A stretch of DNA of 64,000 nucleotides. Origin: Prevotella sp. (GTDB lineage: Bacteria; Bacteroidota; Bacteroidia; Bacteroidales; Dysgonomonadaceae). This document shows, piece by piece, positions 1 through 10,615 of this stretch. The notes beneath the pieces are model-generated. The model worked only from the letters and a program-made list of their open reading frames with translations, did no database searches and was not told where the DNA came from. The stretch covers positions 32,001-96,000 of the forward strand of contig JAITVV010000043.1 in NCBI GenBank assembly GCA_031285625.1. Reading direction: 5' to 3'. Numbering within the stretch: the first letter of the stretch is position 1; every line of letters begins with the position of its first letter. The position numbers and the translations under genes are program-made.

Positions 1-2150
1 TTAAATGGTTTTGTATTTAGTTTTCCATTGTCAATAGAGAAAGGTAGGTTCAGATCTTTAGTAGAAAATGATTTTAAAGCATCTGTCTTCAATGCTGAAG
101 ATAGTGCGGTCAGAGCCTCAACACCTTCAATTTTAAGATCATTTGTTTGTATAGCGCCACTACCTGTCAAAGCAGCCAGGGTTTGCATGATACTTTCTCC
201 CAATGAAGTATTGAATTTCAAATTCATAGAATATGTGCCTGCTAGCTTCTCAAATATAGGGGCAAATTTCTGTACAGATTCAACAGACTTGAATGTCTCC
301 GCAAAAGAAACTTTTGACAAAGCCAGGTCAAAGTCCACTTTAGGATTCTGTGGGTCAGAGGTATTGTATGTACCACTCACTTTACACGAGCCACCTAATG
401 CATTAGCACCTACATTATTCAAAGTAAGGATTCCATTCTTAACAGTCATATTCCCGGCCATATTTGTGATGTTCATCTTACCGTACACTATCTGGCTTAG
501 AGCTGCGCTCAGCGTAAAATCTATATTCTTAGGTATTATTATATCCTCGGATGTTGTGGTCTCTGTTTCTTCCGTTCCGGCAGTCTCACTACTTATAAAA
601 TCATTTGCATTCAGATAAGTTGATTTAATATTCAATTGTCCCTTCAGCGTCTGATCTTTCAATGCATAAGCAATAAAGTTCTCTAAACGCCCTGTTGCCG
701 AGATATCGTTTTTGCCGATCTTTACATCCAGAGCCGGTAAGTTCACATAACGTGGAGTAAATTCCAAAGAAGCATTATTAATCAATACTTCGGGCATATC
801 TGTAGCCTTATATACCATACTACTCAACTTAAGGTTACCCGAAGCGGATACATTCTCGTATTGTTCTTTTTCTATCGCAGACATTCTGGTTGCGATATTT
901 ATATCGGCACTAATTTTACCATTCAACTCTGTACCCTTCTCCAGTGGATAAACTTCCTTGATCATACCCAGATCGATAGTACCGTTTGCATGTGCTTTCA
1001 GGTTAGGATCACTCATCGGAGTAGTGATATTCAGATTTCCACTAAACGGATTTCCAGCCAGATTAAACCCGAATTTGTTAATGTCAACTATCATATTATC
1101 AAGGGAACCACCTTTGCTGGCTATAGCCATATTAACATTGATATTATTAACCGATTTAGGCAAAGAGGGATATTGAAACATTGCATCGTTTACAATTATT
1201 TTCACATCAAATGCAGGATAATTATCTCCTTGCATCAGCCCTTTAATATATGCATCCAAAGAAGCCGTCCCGGATGTTTTTACATCTTTAAAATCAGAAG
1301 TATACATTGCAGGAACGAGTGACAATATATCTTTAAATTCGGTATTCGGAGCATTTAATTTCAAATCGAAATCCATGTCTTCATAATCTTTCCCGACCAT
1401 TGCAAAAGTTCCGTCTATGGACGCCTTCAAATCATTCAACTGTAATTTGCTTTCCTTAAAAGTAAATTTCATGTTATCCAGATTTGCACTGATTGACGCA
1501 TCTGCAATACCCTGAATTTTATTCAGATATGGAATTCCATCCATAATGAAGGTAACTTCGCCAATAGTGGAACTTGTATTCAATGTAGTTTCACTTGCTG
1601 AAAAATCTCCGGATATTTCACCATTCCATTTACTCAGCATCATCTTCATCTTCGTCGAATCATTCTGATAAATAACATTACAGTCATTTAATGATATCTT
1701 TTTCAGACTCATCTTAAATGGTGAAGATGCTTCAGTATCTGTTGTAGTTGTCGAATCGGCTTTCATTATATCCCAGTTAGTACGGCCGTCGGCCAAGACC
1801 TTAGCCAAAACGGATGCCTTATCCAGGTTTATTTTAGAAATGTTGTATTCACTACCAAACAAGCTCATCAGATCAATTGTTACACTAGCTGATTTAGCCT
1901 GTAACAATGTGTCTTTCTCAAAATCTCCAATCCCGACAACTGTTGTATTATCTAAAGAAAGTGTTGCATTAGGGAAGTTTGAGAATAAATTCAGCCCGAA
2001 ATCCTGAATATTTACCGTTGCATTTAATTGTTCATTTGCTGCATTCACTACAGCCGTTTTAATTTTGTCCTTAAAAATAAAAGGAACGGCAATCATTGCT
2101 ACTATCACAATAACAATAATAACACCAATAATGGTAAGTAGTTTTTTCAT
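1..2150 (-). CDS. AsmA family outer-membrane assembly/lipid-bridge protein (partial, runs off left edge)
   Basis: Not in ORF track because it has no stop in the window; manual translation from ATG 2150: MKKLLTIIGVIIVIVIVAMIAVPFIFKDKIK...FGLNLFSNFPNATLSL...LADGRTNWDIMK, i.e. N-terminal TM anchor plus typical AsmA N-terminus. Confidence 0.85.
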   Translation of the reverse strand, partial: MKKLLTIIGVIIVIVIVAMIAVPFIFKDKIKTAVVNAANEQLNATVNIQDFGLNLFSNFPNATLSLDNTTVVGIGDFEKDTLLQAKSASVTIDLMSLFGSEYNISKINLDKASVLAKVLADGRTNWDIMKADSTTTTDTEASSPFKMSLKKISLNDCNVIYQNDSTKMKMMLSKWNGEISGDFSASETTLNTSSTIGEVTFIMDGIPYLNKIQGIADASISANLDNMKFTFKESKLQLNDLKASIDGTFAMVGKDYEDMDFDLKLNAPNTEFKDILSLVPAMYTSDFKDVKTSGTASLDAYIKGLMQGDNYPAFDVKIIVNDAMFQYPSLPKSVNNINVNMAIASKGGSLDNMIVDINKFGFNLAGNPFSGNLNITTPMSDPNLKAHANGTIDLGMIKEVYPLEKGTELNGKISADINIATRMSAIEKEQYENVSASGNLKLSSMVYKATDMPEVLINNASLEFTPRYVNLPALDVKIGKNDISATGRLENFIAYALKDQTLKGQLNIKSTYLNANDFISSETAGTEETETTTSEDIIIPKNIDFTLSAALSQIVYGKMNITNMAGNMTVKNGILTLNNVGANALGGSCKVSGTYNTSDPQNPKVDFDLALSKVSFAETFKSVESVQKFAPIFEKLAGTYSMNLKFNTSLGESIMQTLAALTGSGAIQTNDLKIEGVEALTALSSALKTDALKSFSTKDLNLPFSIDNGKLNTKPF

Positions 2151-2262
2151 AATTTTGTTTGTTTATGTAATTTGTCATTTGTCCTTACATTGTAAACGAA
2201 TTGTTCACAACTTTCTTATGTATGTGTTAAGAATAAGATGGAAAATATTATAAAAAGTTTAA

Positions 2263-3156
2263 TCACGATCTTATAAACCGGGCATATACACTTAGTGGCA
2301 GGTGCTTCCCCGACCTGTCCGGTACGATCAATTCGCCATACTGGCAATTATTGACATCCGGAAAATAATCTTTTATAAGATTTTCAGCAATTACAGCAGA
2401 GAAGCCCATCGAATATAAATTTAAAATAAGGAATGAGTGGGCTTTTTCCAGAAGTTCACCACAAAGGGACATCAACTCTGCTATATTCTCTTCCAAAATC
2501 CATTTTTCACCATCAGGACCTCGTCCATATGCAGGCGGATCAAGAATAATTCCGTTATACTTTTTACCTCTCTTCACCTCACGGCGGCAAAATTTCAATG
2601 CATCCTCTACAATCCAGCGTATATTATCTAAGCCGGATGTTTCCATGTTTTCACGTGACCATGTAATCACCTGCTTCACAGAATCGACATGAGTTACATC
2701 CGCACCTCCGCTTTTAGCTGCAATAGAAGCGCCACCTGTATATGCAAAGAGATTTAATACTTTCGGCTCCGGTGTATTCAGGTTTTGTATTGTATCATAT
2801 ATAAAATCCCAGTTTTCAGACTGCTCCGGGAAAATACCGACGTGTTTGAAAGAAGTTAATCCCAGACGAAATTTAAGCTTCATTGCCTTGTAGTGGTAAT
2901 CAATAAACCACTGGTCGGGCATTCCTTTCTTCTGTATCCATACCCCTTTGTCGTTTCCGTCTTGTGATACCTTTCCTTTCTCTTTCTTGAAAGCAGCATC
3001 CGCCCTCTCCCATTCTGCCTCGGACAATGACTTGCGCCATACAGCCTGAGGCTCCGGACGACGGATAACGTATTTACCAAAACGTTCCAGTTTTTCGTAA
3101 TCACCCGAATCTATCAGTTCATAATCCTTCCAATGTTGCGGCTTGAGTAGTTGCAT
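2263..3156 (-). CDS. Class I SAM-dependent RNA methyltransferase (RlmI/RlmK-like)
   Basis: Motifs VLNLFAYTGGAS, THVD, IILDPPAYGRG; ATG 3156 preferred; TAAATTTG promoter motif at 3181-3188 (-). Confidence 0.85.
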   Translation of the reverse strand: MQLLKPQHWKDYELIDSGDYEKLERFGKYVIRRPEPQAVWRKSLSEAEWERADAAFKKEKGKVSQDGNDKGVWIQKKGMPDQWFIDYHYKAMKLKFRLGLTSFKHVGIFPEQSENWDFIYDTIQNLNTPEPKVLNLFAYTGGASIAAKSGGADVTHVDSVKQVITWSRENMETSGLDNIRWIVEDALKFCRREVKRGKKYNGIILDPPAYGRGPDGEKWILEENIAELMSLCGELLEKAHSFLILNLYSMGFSAVIAENLIKDYFPDVNNCQYGELIVPDRSGKHLPLSVYARFIRS

Positions 3157-3209
3157 TTGATCTTGTATTTTATTCGACTGCAAATTTAAGATGATTATAC
3201 TGAATAATC

Positions 3210-3261
3210 AAAAAGGTGACAAAAGTGACACTTTCCAGTACATTATTAAATGTTACTTTTT
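3210..3261. repeat. 9-mer (AAARGTGAC) tandem/inverted repeat element, copy A
   Basis: AAAAGGTGACAAAAGTGACA-N20-TGTTACTTTTT; related copies at 4884, 19974, 38928. Confidence 0.8.
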
Positions 3262-4754
3262 CATTTCTTTTTAAGAAAAGCGCTAAGCAATTGTTTAGCA
3301 ATAGGTGCTAAAACCGTTGTAGCCATTCTGCTCCAAAAACGTTTATTCTCAGTTGCATTTTTCTGATCTATCTTTGCCTGCGCTTTTTGCGCCCTTTCAG
3401 CTTCTTTTTGAGCTTTAGCCTGCTCCTTAGCTTGTGCTGCCTGCTCTTTTTCGCTCAAAACACCTTGTAAACGCTCCGTGAGAATTTCGTATGCCGATTC
3501 CCTGTCGATAGCCTGAGCATAATGCCTGTACAGAATTGAACTTTCTGTCATCTTTGTTCGCTCCGATGCATCAAGCGGTCCTATCTGCCCTTCAGGAGGC
3601 AAAATATACGCTCTTTCAACCATATTCGGACGTCCTTTTTCATCTAAGAAAGAAACCAACGCTTCACCTGTTCCAAGATCAGAAATAGCCTGCTCAGTAT
3701 CAAACTTAGGATTAGCCCGGAAAGTTTGTGCTGCAACTTTCACAGCTTTCTGATCCTTTGGTGTATAAGCACGTAATGCATGTTGTACACGATTACCCAA
3801 CTGCCCTAATACAGAATCAGGAATATCAGCCGGAGTCTGAGATATAAAATAAATTCCAATCCCCTTTGAACGGATAAGGCGAACAACCTGCTCAATCTTT
3901 TCCAATAAAGCTTTTGGAGCATCTGTAAATAATAGATGAGCCTCATCAAAGAAGAATACCAGCTTAGGTTTATCCGGATCTCCCACTTCAGGCATTACTT
4001 CAAATAGTTTGGTCATCAGCCACATCAAGAATGTAGTGTATACCCTCGGGGAATTCATTAACTTATCTGATGCCAGTATATTTATTACCCCTTTCTCGCC
4101 TACAGTCTGTATAAGGTCATCTATATTCAAGTTAGGTTCTCCAAAGAAATTATCTGCACCATCATGTTCCAAAGCGATCAAGCCACGCTGAATAGCTCCG
4201 ATACTAGCTGTAGAAATATTTCCATAACTTGTAGTAAACCGACTGGCATTATTCCCCACATATTCGAGTAGTTTTTGTAAATCTTTAAGGTCAATAATCT
4301 CTAGTAATTCATCTTTCGCTATTTTGAATATAATAGTTAATACAGCCGACTGGGTATCATTCAACGACAAAAGGCGGCTTAACAGAAGTGGCCCCATATC
4401 GGCTACTGTAGCCCTGATAGGTGCCCCTTGCTCTCCAAATACATCCCAGAACTGAACGGGAAAAGCCTGAAATTTAAACCCTTTATCACTTAACTTATAC
4501 GATTCAACACGCTGTGTCACACTTTCTTTATTGCCTCCTATTGCGGCCACACCTGACAAATCACCTTTAACATCAGAAGCAAATACAGGCACTCCCATCT
4601 CGCTAAAGGTCTCAGCCAGCGTTTGCAATGTCACAGTTTTACCTGTTCCGGTTGCCCCTGTTATAAGTCCATGGCGATTAGCCATTTTAGGGACTAAACA
4701 GACTTCCTCTTCTGCCGAGATAGCTACAAAAGCCCTTTTTTCATTATCAAACAT
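3261..4754 (-). CDS. DUF853/YjgR-like HerA-FtsK superfamily ATPase
   Basis: [15 protein letters not shown] Walker [10 protein letters not shown] Walker [21 protein letters not shown]. Confidence 0.9.
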   Translation of the reverse strand: MFDNEKRAFVAISAEEEVCLVPKMANRHGLITGATGTGKTVTLQTLAETFSEMGVPVFASDVKGDLSGVAAIGGNKESVTQRVESYKLSDKGFKFQAFPVQFWDVFGEQGAPIRATVADMGPLLLSRLLSLNDTQSAVLTIIFKIAKDELLEIIDLKDLQKLLEYVGNNASRFTTSYGNISTASIGAIQRGLIALEHDGADNFFGEPNLNIDDLIQTVGEKGVINILASDKLMNSPRVYTTFLMWLMTKLFEVMPEVGDPDKPKLVFFFDEAHLLFTDAPKALLEKIEQVVRLIRSKGIGIYFISQTPADIPDSVLGQLGNRVQHALRAYTPKDQKAVKVAAQTFRANPKFDTEQAISDLGTGEALVSFLDEKGRPNMVERAYILPPEGQIGPLDASERTKMTESSILYRHYAQAIDRESAYEILTERLQGVLSEKEQAAQAKEQAKAQKEAERAQKAQAKIDQKNATENKRFWSRMATTVLAPIAKQLLSAFLKKK

Positions 4755-4883
4755 TGGATTGTATTTTTAAGTTTGTTTTTATATAAATTATAACAGTAAA
4801 TAAGCAAAAAGGTTACAACTTTATCTTTATTCACCCAACAAAATAAGATTCTAATTTTAAGCAACATACAATTAATAAAAGAT

Positions 4884-4935
4884 AAAAAGGTGACAAAGGT
4901 GACACTTATAATATACTTTTATACTGTTACCTTTT
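4884..4935. repeat. 9-mer repeat element, copy B
   Basis: AAAAAGGTGACAAAGGTGACA-N20-TGTTACCTTTT. Confidence 0.8.
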
Positions 4936-5079
4936 ATTGATATCTTATATCTTTATATAAGACAATTATAATAAATATTCGCGATAGAACATCTACGAAA
5001 TCAGCAACAAAAATAATGATTTATTGTAATTGTATTGAATAGAATCTGATAAAGCTTAACTTTGACAAAAAATAATCTG

Positions 5080-6387
5080 TTGATTACAAAAAATAATATA
5101 TGGGCGTGGGCTATAGACAACCCTGTGAAAACAATAATTATCGCAGGGGTAATTATCCGTTTAGTTCTGGCAATGGTGTATCAACATATAACTTTATATC
5201 CTGATTCCGAAGATTATTTTGTATTAGCTAAGAGGTTATTGGCTTCTGATCTGTCGGGTTATGAAGGCCAGCGTTCACCGGGATACCCTGTCTTACTCGC
5301 TATAAGCAATCTTTCACCAACCATTATTATTCTATTGCAGGGATACTTTGGTATCCTCACTCTTATTCTTTTCTATAAAACTTGTCTGACTTTAGATATA
5401 AGTAAAAAAATATCACTGATCGTTACATTGATACTAGCATTTTATCTCCCGACTATATTTTTCGAATTTTCGTTGTTATCTGAAACCTTAACGCTACTGT
5501 TTACCATATTGGTTTTCTATCTTTTCATCAACATATGGAAAAATAAATCGACCCATTATTTGCTACTCGGATTATCCTGCGGATACCTTGTATTAATTAA
5601 GCCTTTCTATATTTTTTTACCCACTATATTATTCATCCTTTTTTTCTTAAAAAACCTCTCGAACAGAAAACACTTACTTAGAGCAATATATATATTAATA
5701 ATTCCGGCTATTGTGTTTCTAGGCTGGTCTTATGTAAACAAAACAAATACAGGATATTTCACATCGACCACCTTCTATGGATTTAACCTTGCTCAGAACT
5801 GTGTTAGCTTTGCCGAGAAGACTACTCCCGAATATACCGAAATAGGAGAAATATATGCTAAATACCGGGATAACAGGATATCGGATAAAGAGATCGCAAT
5901 GACAATATGGCAAGCCTATCCCGAACTGGAAGAAAAAACAGGATTATCATTTCCTGACCTATCAAAAAAATTATATGATTATAGTATTACCACTATTAAA
6001 GAAAATCCAAGAGAATATATAAAGCAGGTATTTATCTCATGGCGCGATTTCTGGAAGACTTCTTTATATTGGGAATATGATAGCGTTGCTCTACCCTACG
6101 CAAATGATATCATACTCTATATTTGTTATGCTGAAAGGATTTTGCTTCAATTTGTGAAAATAATGTTTGTGCTGCTTATCCCATATAATATTATACGAAG
6201 TATCAGGAAGTGCAAATTAACAACTGCAACAATTATCTCACTGATTGTACTCATAGCTTCTGTTTTACAGGCACTTGCCACCTATGGCACAAATTCCAGG
6301 TTCAGCTTTCCTTTTGAAGTAGTGATTGTATTATCCGTTTTACTAAATATTATCGAATACAGAAAAAAATTGGCCATACATAATTGA
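5080..6387 (+). CDS. Polytopic membrane glycosyltransferase (GT-C/ArnT-PMT-like)
   Basis: PDSEDY loop after TM1, RSPGYP, LLSETL, many TM helices; TTG 5062 lies inside a TAACTTTG promoter motif so TTG 5080 is preferred. Confidence 0.65.
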   Translation: MITKNNIWAWAIDNPVKTIIIAGVIIRLVLAMVYQHITLYPDSEDYFVLAKRLLASDLSGYEGQRSPGYPVLLAISNLSPTIIILLQGYFGILTLILFYKTCLTLDISKKISLIVTLILAFYLPTIFFEFSLLSETLTLLFTILVFYLFINIWKNKSTHYLLLGLSCGYLVLIKPFYIFLPTILFILFFLKNLSNRKHLLRAIYILIIPAIVFLGWSYVNKTNTGYFTSTTFYGFNLAQNCVSFAEKTTPEYTEIGEIYAKYRDNRISDKEIAMTIWQAYPELEEKTGLSFPDLSKKLYDYSITTIKENPREYIKQVFISWRDFWKTSLYWEYDSVALPYANDIILYICYAERILLQFVKIMFVLLIPYNIIRSIRKCKLTTATIISLIVLIASVLQALATYGTNSRFSFPFEVVIVLSVLLNIIEYRKKLAIHN

Positions 6388-6864
6388 TTATTCAGCCTTT
6401 AAATCTTCCACAGGATTCAACCCTACCTTCTCCATATATTTGAGTTGCTCGGCCAACATTTCATTTGAAATATCTATTGACTTATTATAAATCTGCGCTG
6501 CTACGTGTATTATAGAATCTTTCTTTTCCAGACGATCCAGATTTTGGTAATTAATAAATAAATCGGAAGCCTCCCCGCCTATAAGTGTAAAGTATTCATT
6601 TGCCTTTCTGTGAAATTCCTTTGCGGCATCACTCACTTCAAGACTATTCATATTTCCCATAACACGGGCTGTATTTTCTTTCAGGTTTTGAGGGCTTTGA
6701 TCAATCATATTACCCTTCAGCATACTTTCATATACTTTTTCATATTGCCTATTTATATCAAAAAAGTTTGCAGCGACTCTTTCATTATATGCATACTCTG
6801 GATTACCCGAACAAGCAGTTAGAATAACAACACTTAGAATAATGAACAAAGATTTGATTCTCAT
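6388..6864 (-). CDS. Hypothetical lipoprotein
   Basis: MRIKSLFIILSVVILTAC lipobox; TATATTTG promoter motif at 6891-6898 (-). Confidence 0.7.
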   Translation of the reverse strand: MRIKSLFIILSVVILTACSGNPEYAYNERVAANFFDINRQYEKVYESMLKGNMIDQSPQNLKENTARVMGNMNSLEVSDAAKEFHRKANEYFTLIGGEASDLFINYQNLDRLEKKDSIIHVAAQIYNKSIDISNEMLAEQLKYMEKVGLNPVEDLKAE

Positions 6865-6927
6865 TTTGTGATTTATAATAACAATATGCGACAAATATAG
6901 GAAAAAGATAACTCAATCGACACTAAT

Positions 6928-7884
6928 ATGAAACATTTAGAATTTGCACTAGGTAAAGATAACCAGTTCTGGAAATACATCGTTGTCCTGATTACGACTC
7001 TTCTTGCATCTAATTTTATCGGTATCCTGCCATTTGTTATTACAGCATTTATTATAGGCACATCGAATGGACTGAGTATAATGGAAATCTCAGAAAATAT
7101 AATGAATGCCGAATATTTGGGAATGTCTTCCAATCTTAGCCTTTTCCTTATGCTAATAGCTTTTGTTATTGCATTTTTAACCCTTGTCATTTTAGTTAAG
7201 TTGCTGCATCGTCAATCGATATCCGAAATAATAAACGGAACAAAGAAAATACGCTGGAAGCGCATCTTCTGGGGAGCCAGTATATGGATCACAATATCAG
7301 CTATTTCGCTGGCAATTAGCTATATTTCAGATCCGGACAATTTTGTTCTGCAATTCGATATTGCTTCATTTATACCCTTATTTTTCATTGCTGTGATATT
7401 GATTCCCATCCAGACTTCATACGAAGAATTTTCTTTCAGGGGATATCTTGCACAGGGGATTGGCCGTATAACTAAAAACCGCTGGATAGTAATTATTATA
7501 CCATCAGTATTATTTGCACTTATGCATTTGACAAATCCGGAAGTGAAAGAATACGGAGTTCTGGTAATGATGCCTAATTATCTTATTGTTGGATTATTAT
7601 TCGGCTTGGTCAGTGTTTTGGATGATGGTATAGAATTGGCTTTAGGAATGCATGCAGCTAACAATGTATTTCTCGGACTTACAGCAACACATGCTTCATC
7701 AGCCATACAAACTCCTGCCATATTCAGTCTCAAAGAAGCCGATCCTATCTACGGTATAATAGAAATAACGATTTTCAGTCTTATTGTTATTGCTTTTTTC
7801 TACAAAAAATACAACTGGAACTTCTCTGTATTGAATAAAAAAATAGAATTAGATAAAACCGAACAGGATACAATATCTATGTAA
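6928..7884 (+). CDS. CPBP (CAAX/Abi) family intramembrane metalloprotease
   Basis: EEFSFRGY, FALMH, HAANN motifs; multiple TM segments. Confidence 0.9.
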   Translation: MKHLEFALGKDNQFWKYIVVLITTLLASNFIGILPFVITAFIIGTSNGLSIMEISENIMNAEYLGMSSNLSLFLMLIAFVIAFLTLVILVKLLHRQSISEIINGTKKIRWKRIFWGASIWITISAISLAISYISDPDNFVLQFDIASFIPLFFIAVILIPIQTSYEEFSFRGYLAQGIGRITKNRWIVIIIPSVLFALMHLTNPEVKEYGVLVMMPNYLIVGLLFGLVSVLDDGIELALGMHAANNVFLGLTATHASSAIQTPAIFSLKEADPIYGIIEITIFSLIVIAFFYKKYNWNFSVLNKKIELDKTEQDTISM

Positions 7885-7973
7885 TGTAAACCTCTAATGA
7901 TCGAAATTACAGGATAAATACAAATAAATGCAGTTAAATTAACTACTTTTGCATGTATAAAAAATAATTGATT

Positions 7974-9911
7974 GTGATTTCAGTAGAAGGACTGACAGTA
8001 GAATTTGGAGGTTTCACCCTCTTTGATGATATTTCATTTGTTGTAAACAAAAAGGAAAGGATTGCCCTTGTAGGAAAAAACGGAGCAGGGAAATCGACCA
8101 TGCTTAAAATATTTGCAGGACTACAACCTCCTACCCGTGGAAATGTTGCAGCCCCCAAAGATACAACTATAGGCTATCTGCCACAGCATATGACTCTTAA
8201 AGAGGGAAATACAGTTTTTGAAGAAGCATCATTGGCTTTTGCTCATATTCAGAAGCTGGAAGCAGAACTTGATTATGTGAATAAACAACTGGCAGAAAGA
8301 ACTGACTATGAATCTGAAGCCTACCATGACCTGATAGAAAAATCAAGTTATCTGAACGAACAATTCATGATGTCTGGAGGGAATAACTTTCAGGCAGAAA
8401 TAGAAAAAACATTAACCGGATTGGGTTTCAAGCGTACCGATTTTACTCGTCCGACAAGTGAATTCAGTGGTGGATGGCGAATGCGTATTGAGCTGGCAAA
8501 GCTTTTACTACAACGTCCGGATGTACTGCTTCTTGATGAACCGACCAACCATCTGGATATAGAATCTATACAGTGGCTCGAAACATTCCTTGCTACCAGA
8601 GCCAACGCTGTAGTATTGGTCTCTCACGACCGGGCATTTCTTGATGCGGTTACACAACATACTATAGAAATCTCGCTTGGGCGTATCTACGATTATAAAG
8701 TACCATATACTAAATATGTGGAACTACGAAAGGAGCACCGCGAACAACAAATGCGTGCTTTCGAGAACCAGCAGAAGCAAATACAGAAAACAGAAGAATT
8801 TATTGAACGCTTTCGTTACAAAGCGACCAAAGCAGTGCAGGTACAATCCCGTATAAAGCAGCTTGATAAACTGGAACGGCTGGAAGTAGACGATGAAGAT
8901 AATGCTATGCTTAATCTTAAATTTCCACCAGCACCCCGTTCAGGATCCTATCCTGTAATTGCAGAAAATGTAGAAAAAAGCTATGGAGATCATCTGATAT
9001 TTAAAAATGTAACCCTTACAATTCACAGGGGTGACAAAGTAGCTTTTGTAGGGAAGAACGGAGAAGGTAAATCAACTCTGGTGAAATGTATAATGAATGA
9101 AATAGACTTCAAAGGAAAGTTGGAGTTAGGGCATAATGTCAAAATAGGATACTTTGCACAAAATCAGGCTCAGCTATTAGATGAAAATCTTACTGTTTTT
9201 GACACAATAGATTATGTAGCTGTAGGCGACATTCGTACTAAGATAAGGGATATTCTCGGAGCATTTATGTTCGGCGGTGAAGCTTCTGACAAAAAAGTAA
9301 AAGTACTTTCCGGAGGAGAACGCAGCCGCCTGGCAATGATACGTTTATTGCTTGAACCTGTAAACCTGCTTATTCTCGATGAGCCCACAAATCATCTGGA
9401 TATGAGATCTAAAGATGTGCTAAAAAAAGCCATAAAAGAATTCGATGGAACTGTAATTGTGGTATCGCACGACCGTGATTTTCTCAATGGATTAGTAGAC
9501 AAAGTATATGAATTTGGGAATCAACAGGTAATAGAACACCTCGGCGGTATCTATGAGTTTCTGGAAAGAAAAAAGATGGATAGTCTGAAAGAACTGGAAG
9601 TCCCGGTAAATACTGCGAGTAAAGATATAGATAAGACGCCGGAAGAACCATTAAATAAACTCACCTACGAAGAGCGTAAAGAACTTAGTAGACAAATCAA
9701 ACGAGTAGAGAAACAAATTTCTGAAATTGAGCAGGCCATAGAAAATAAAGAATCTGAAATAGCCGATATTGAAGTAAAATTAGCCACTCCGGAAGGGTCA
9801 GCAGATACGTCTCTATTTGAAAAGCATGGGATAATGACCAAAGAGTTACAAGAGGACATGAATCGTTGGGAAGAGTTGACATTAGAACTGGAAAATCTAT
9901 CGAACTCCTAA
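7974..9911 (+). CDS. ABC-F family ATPase (ribosome-associated)
   Basis: Two NBDs (GKNGAGKST / GKNGEGKST, FSGGW / LSGGE, LLDEPTNHLD / ILDEPTNHLD), no TM domain, C-terminal coiled coil; TACTTTTG promoter motif 7944-7951. Confidence 0.92.
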   Translation: MISVEGLTVEFGGFTLFDDISFVVNKKERIALVGKNGAGKSTMLKIFAGLQPPTRGNVAAPKDTTIGYLPQHMTLKEGNTVFEEASLAFAHIQKLEAELDYVNKQLAERTDYESEAYHDLIEKSSYLNEQFMMSGGNNFQAEIEKTLTGLGFKRTDFTRPTSEFSGGWRMRIELAKLLLQRPDVLLLDEPTNHLDIESIQWLETFLATRANAVVLVSHDRAFLDAVTQHTIEISLGRIYDYKVPYTKYVELRKEHREQQMRAFENQQKQIQKTEEFIERFRYKATKAVQVQSRIKQLDKLERLEVDDEDNAMLNLKFPPAPRSGSYPVIAENVEKSYGDHLIFKNVTLTIHRGDKVAFVGKNGEGKSTLVKCIMNEIDFKGKLELGHNVKIGYFAQNQAQLLDENLTVFDTIDYVAVGDIRTKIRDILGAFMFGGEASDKKVKVLSGGERSRLAMIRLLLEPVNLLILDEPTNHLDMRSKDVLKKAIKEFDGTVIVVSHDRDFLNGLVDKVYEFGNQQVIEHLGGIYEFLERKKMDSLKELEVPVNTASKDIDKTPEEPLNKLTYEERKELSRQIKRVEKQISEIEQAIENKESEIADIEVKLATPEGSADTSLFEKHGIMTKELQEDMNRWEELTLELENLSNS

Positions 9912-9927
9912 ATAAGACATATACCTT

Positions 9928-10596
9928 ATGAGAACTATATTATTAATATTTTTGTTATTTATCTCAATGTGTTTGACCGCTCAGGAAATAGATGAAAATA
10001 TACTTGAGAATAAGACCTATATAGAAAGAATGGCTTATTTCAAAACCAATCCTCTAAAAAAAGGACAGATTGTCTTTTTAGGCAACAGTCTGACTCAAGG
10101 AGGTAAATGGGACAAATTCTTTCCAACACAAAGTCCGGCAAACAGAGGAATTGCCGGAGACAATACATTGGGGATGTTGTACCGCCTACCTGAGATTATC
10201 ATTGCACAGCCACGCAAATTATTCCTCTTGGCTGGTATAAACGATATATCGCTGAACAGGTCGAACGAAAAGATAATGACAGGGATCAGATCTATTGTTT
10301 ATCAGATAAAAGCCGGTTCACCTTCTACCAGAATATATGTGCAAAGCTTATTCCCTATCAATAATGAGCCAAACAGATATAAACGAATGTTGGATAAAGA
10401 AAAGCAGATTGAAGAGTTAAATAAACAACTTCAAAAATTCTGTGCACAGGAAGGAATCATATTCATAAATATCTATCCAGCCTTTCTGGGAGGAAGCCTG
10501 AAAATGGATGCTAAATACACTACAGACGGTCTGCATCTGAATGATTCAGGATATAGTGTATGGGTAGATCAGATAAGGCAGTATGTTGAAGAATAA
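9928..10596 (+). CDS. GDSL/SGNH hydrolase
   Basis: FLGNSLT, NRGIAGD, GIND, DGLH motifs; signal peptide. Confidence 0.88.
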   Translation: MRTILLIFLLFISMCLTAQEIDENILENKTYIERMAYFKTNPLKKGQIVFLGNSLTQGGKWDKFFPTQSPANRGIAGDNTLGMLYRLPEIIIAQPRKLFLLAGINDISLNRSNEKIMTGIRSIVYQIKAGSPSTRIYVQSLFPINNEPNRYKRMLDKEKQIEELNKQLQKFCAQEGIIFINIYPAFLGGSLKMDAKYTTDGLHLNDSGYSVWVDQIRQYVEE

Positions 10597-10615
10597 CTTA
10601 ATATTTATATAATGT

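Noticed and set aside
28-1322. Plus-strand ORFs 28-618, 861-1322 and 958-1176
   Set aside because: Antisense shadows of the minus-strand AsmA gene; no recognisable motifs
2190-2210. Imperfect palindrome TTGTAAAC-N5-GTTCACAA upstream of asmA
   Set aside because: Single instance in AT-rich DNA; no regulator can be assigned
3261-4754. DUF853 ATPase as a HerA-type anti-phage system
   Set aside because: No partner nuclease or Sir2 gene adjacent; matches the widespread YjgR-like family
3210-4935. 9-mer elements as a CRISPR array or IS ends
   Set aside because: Copies are dispersed, arms are inverted rather than direct repeats, and no cas gene, transposase or target-site duplication is visible
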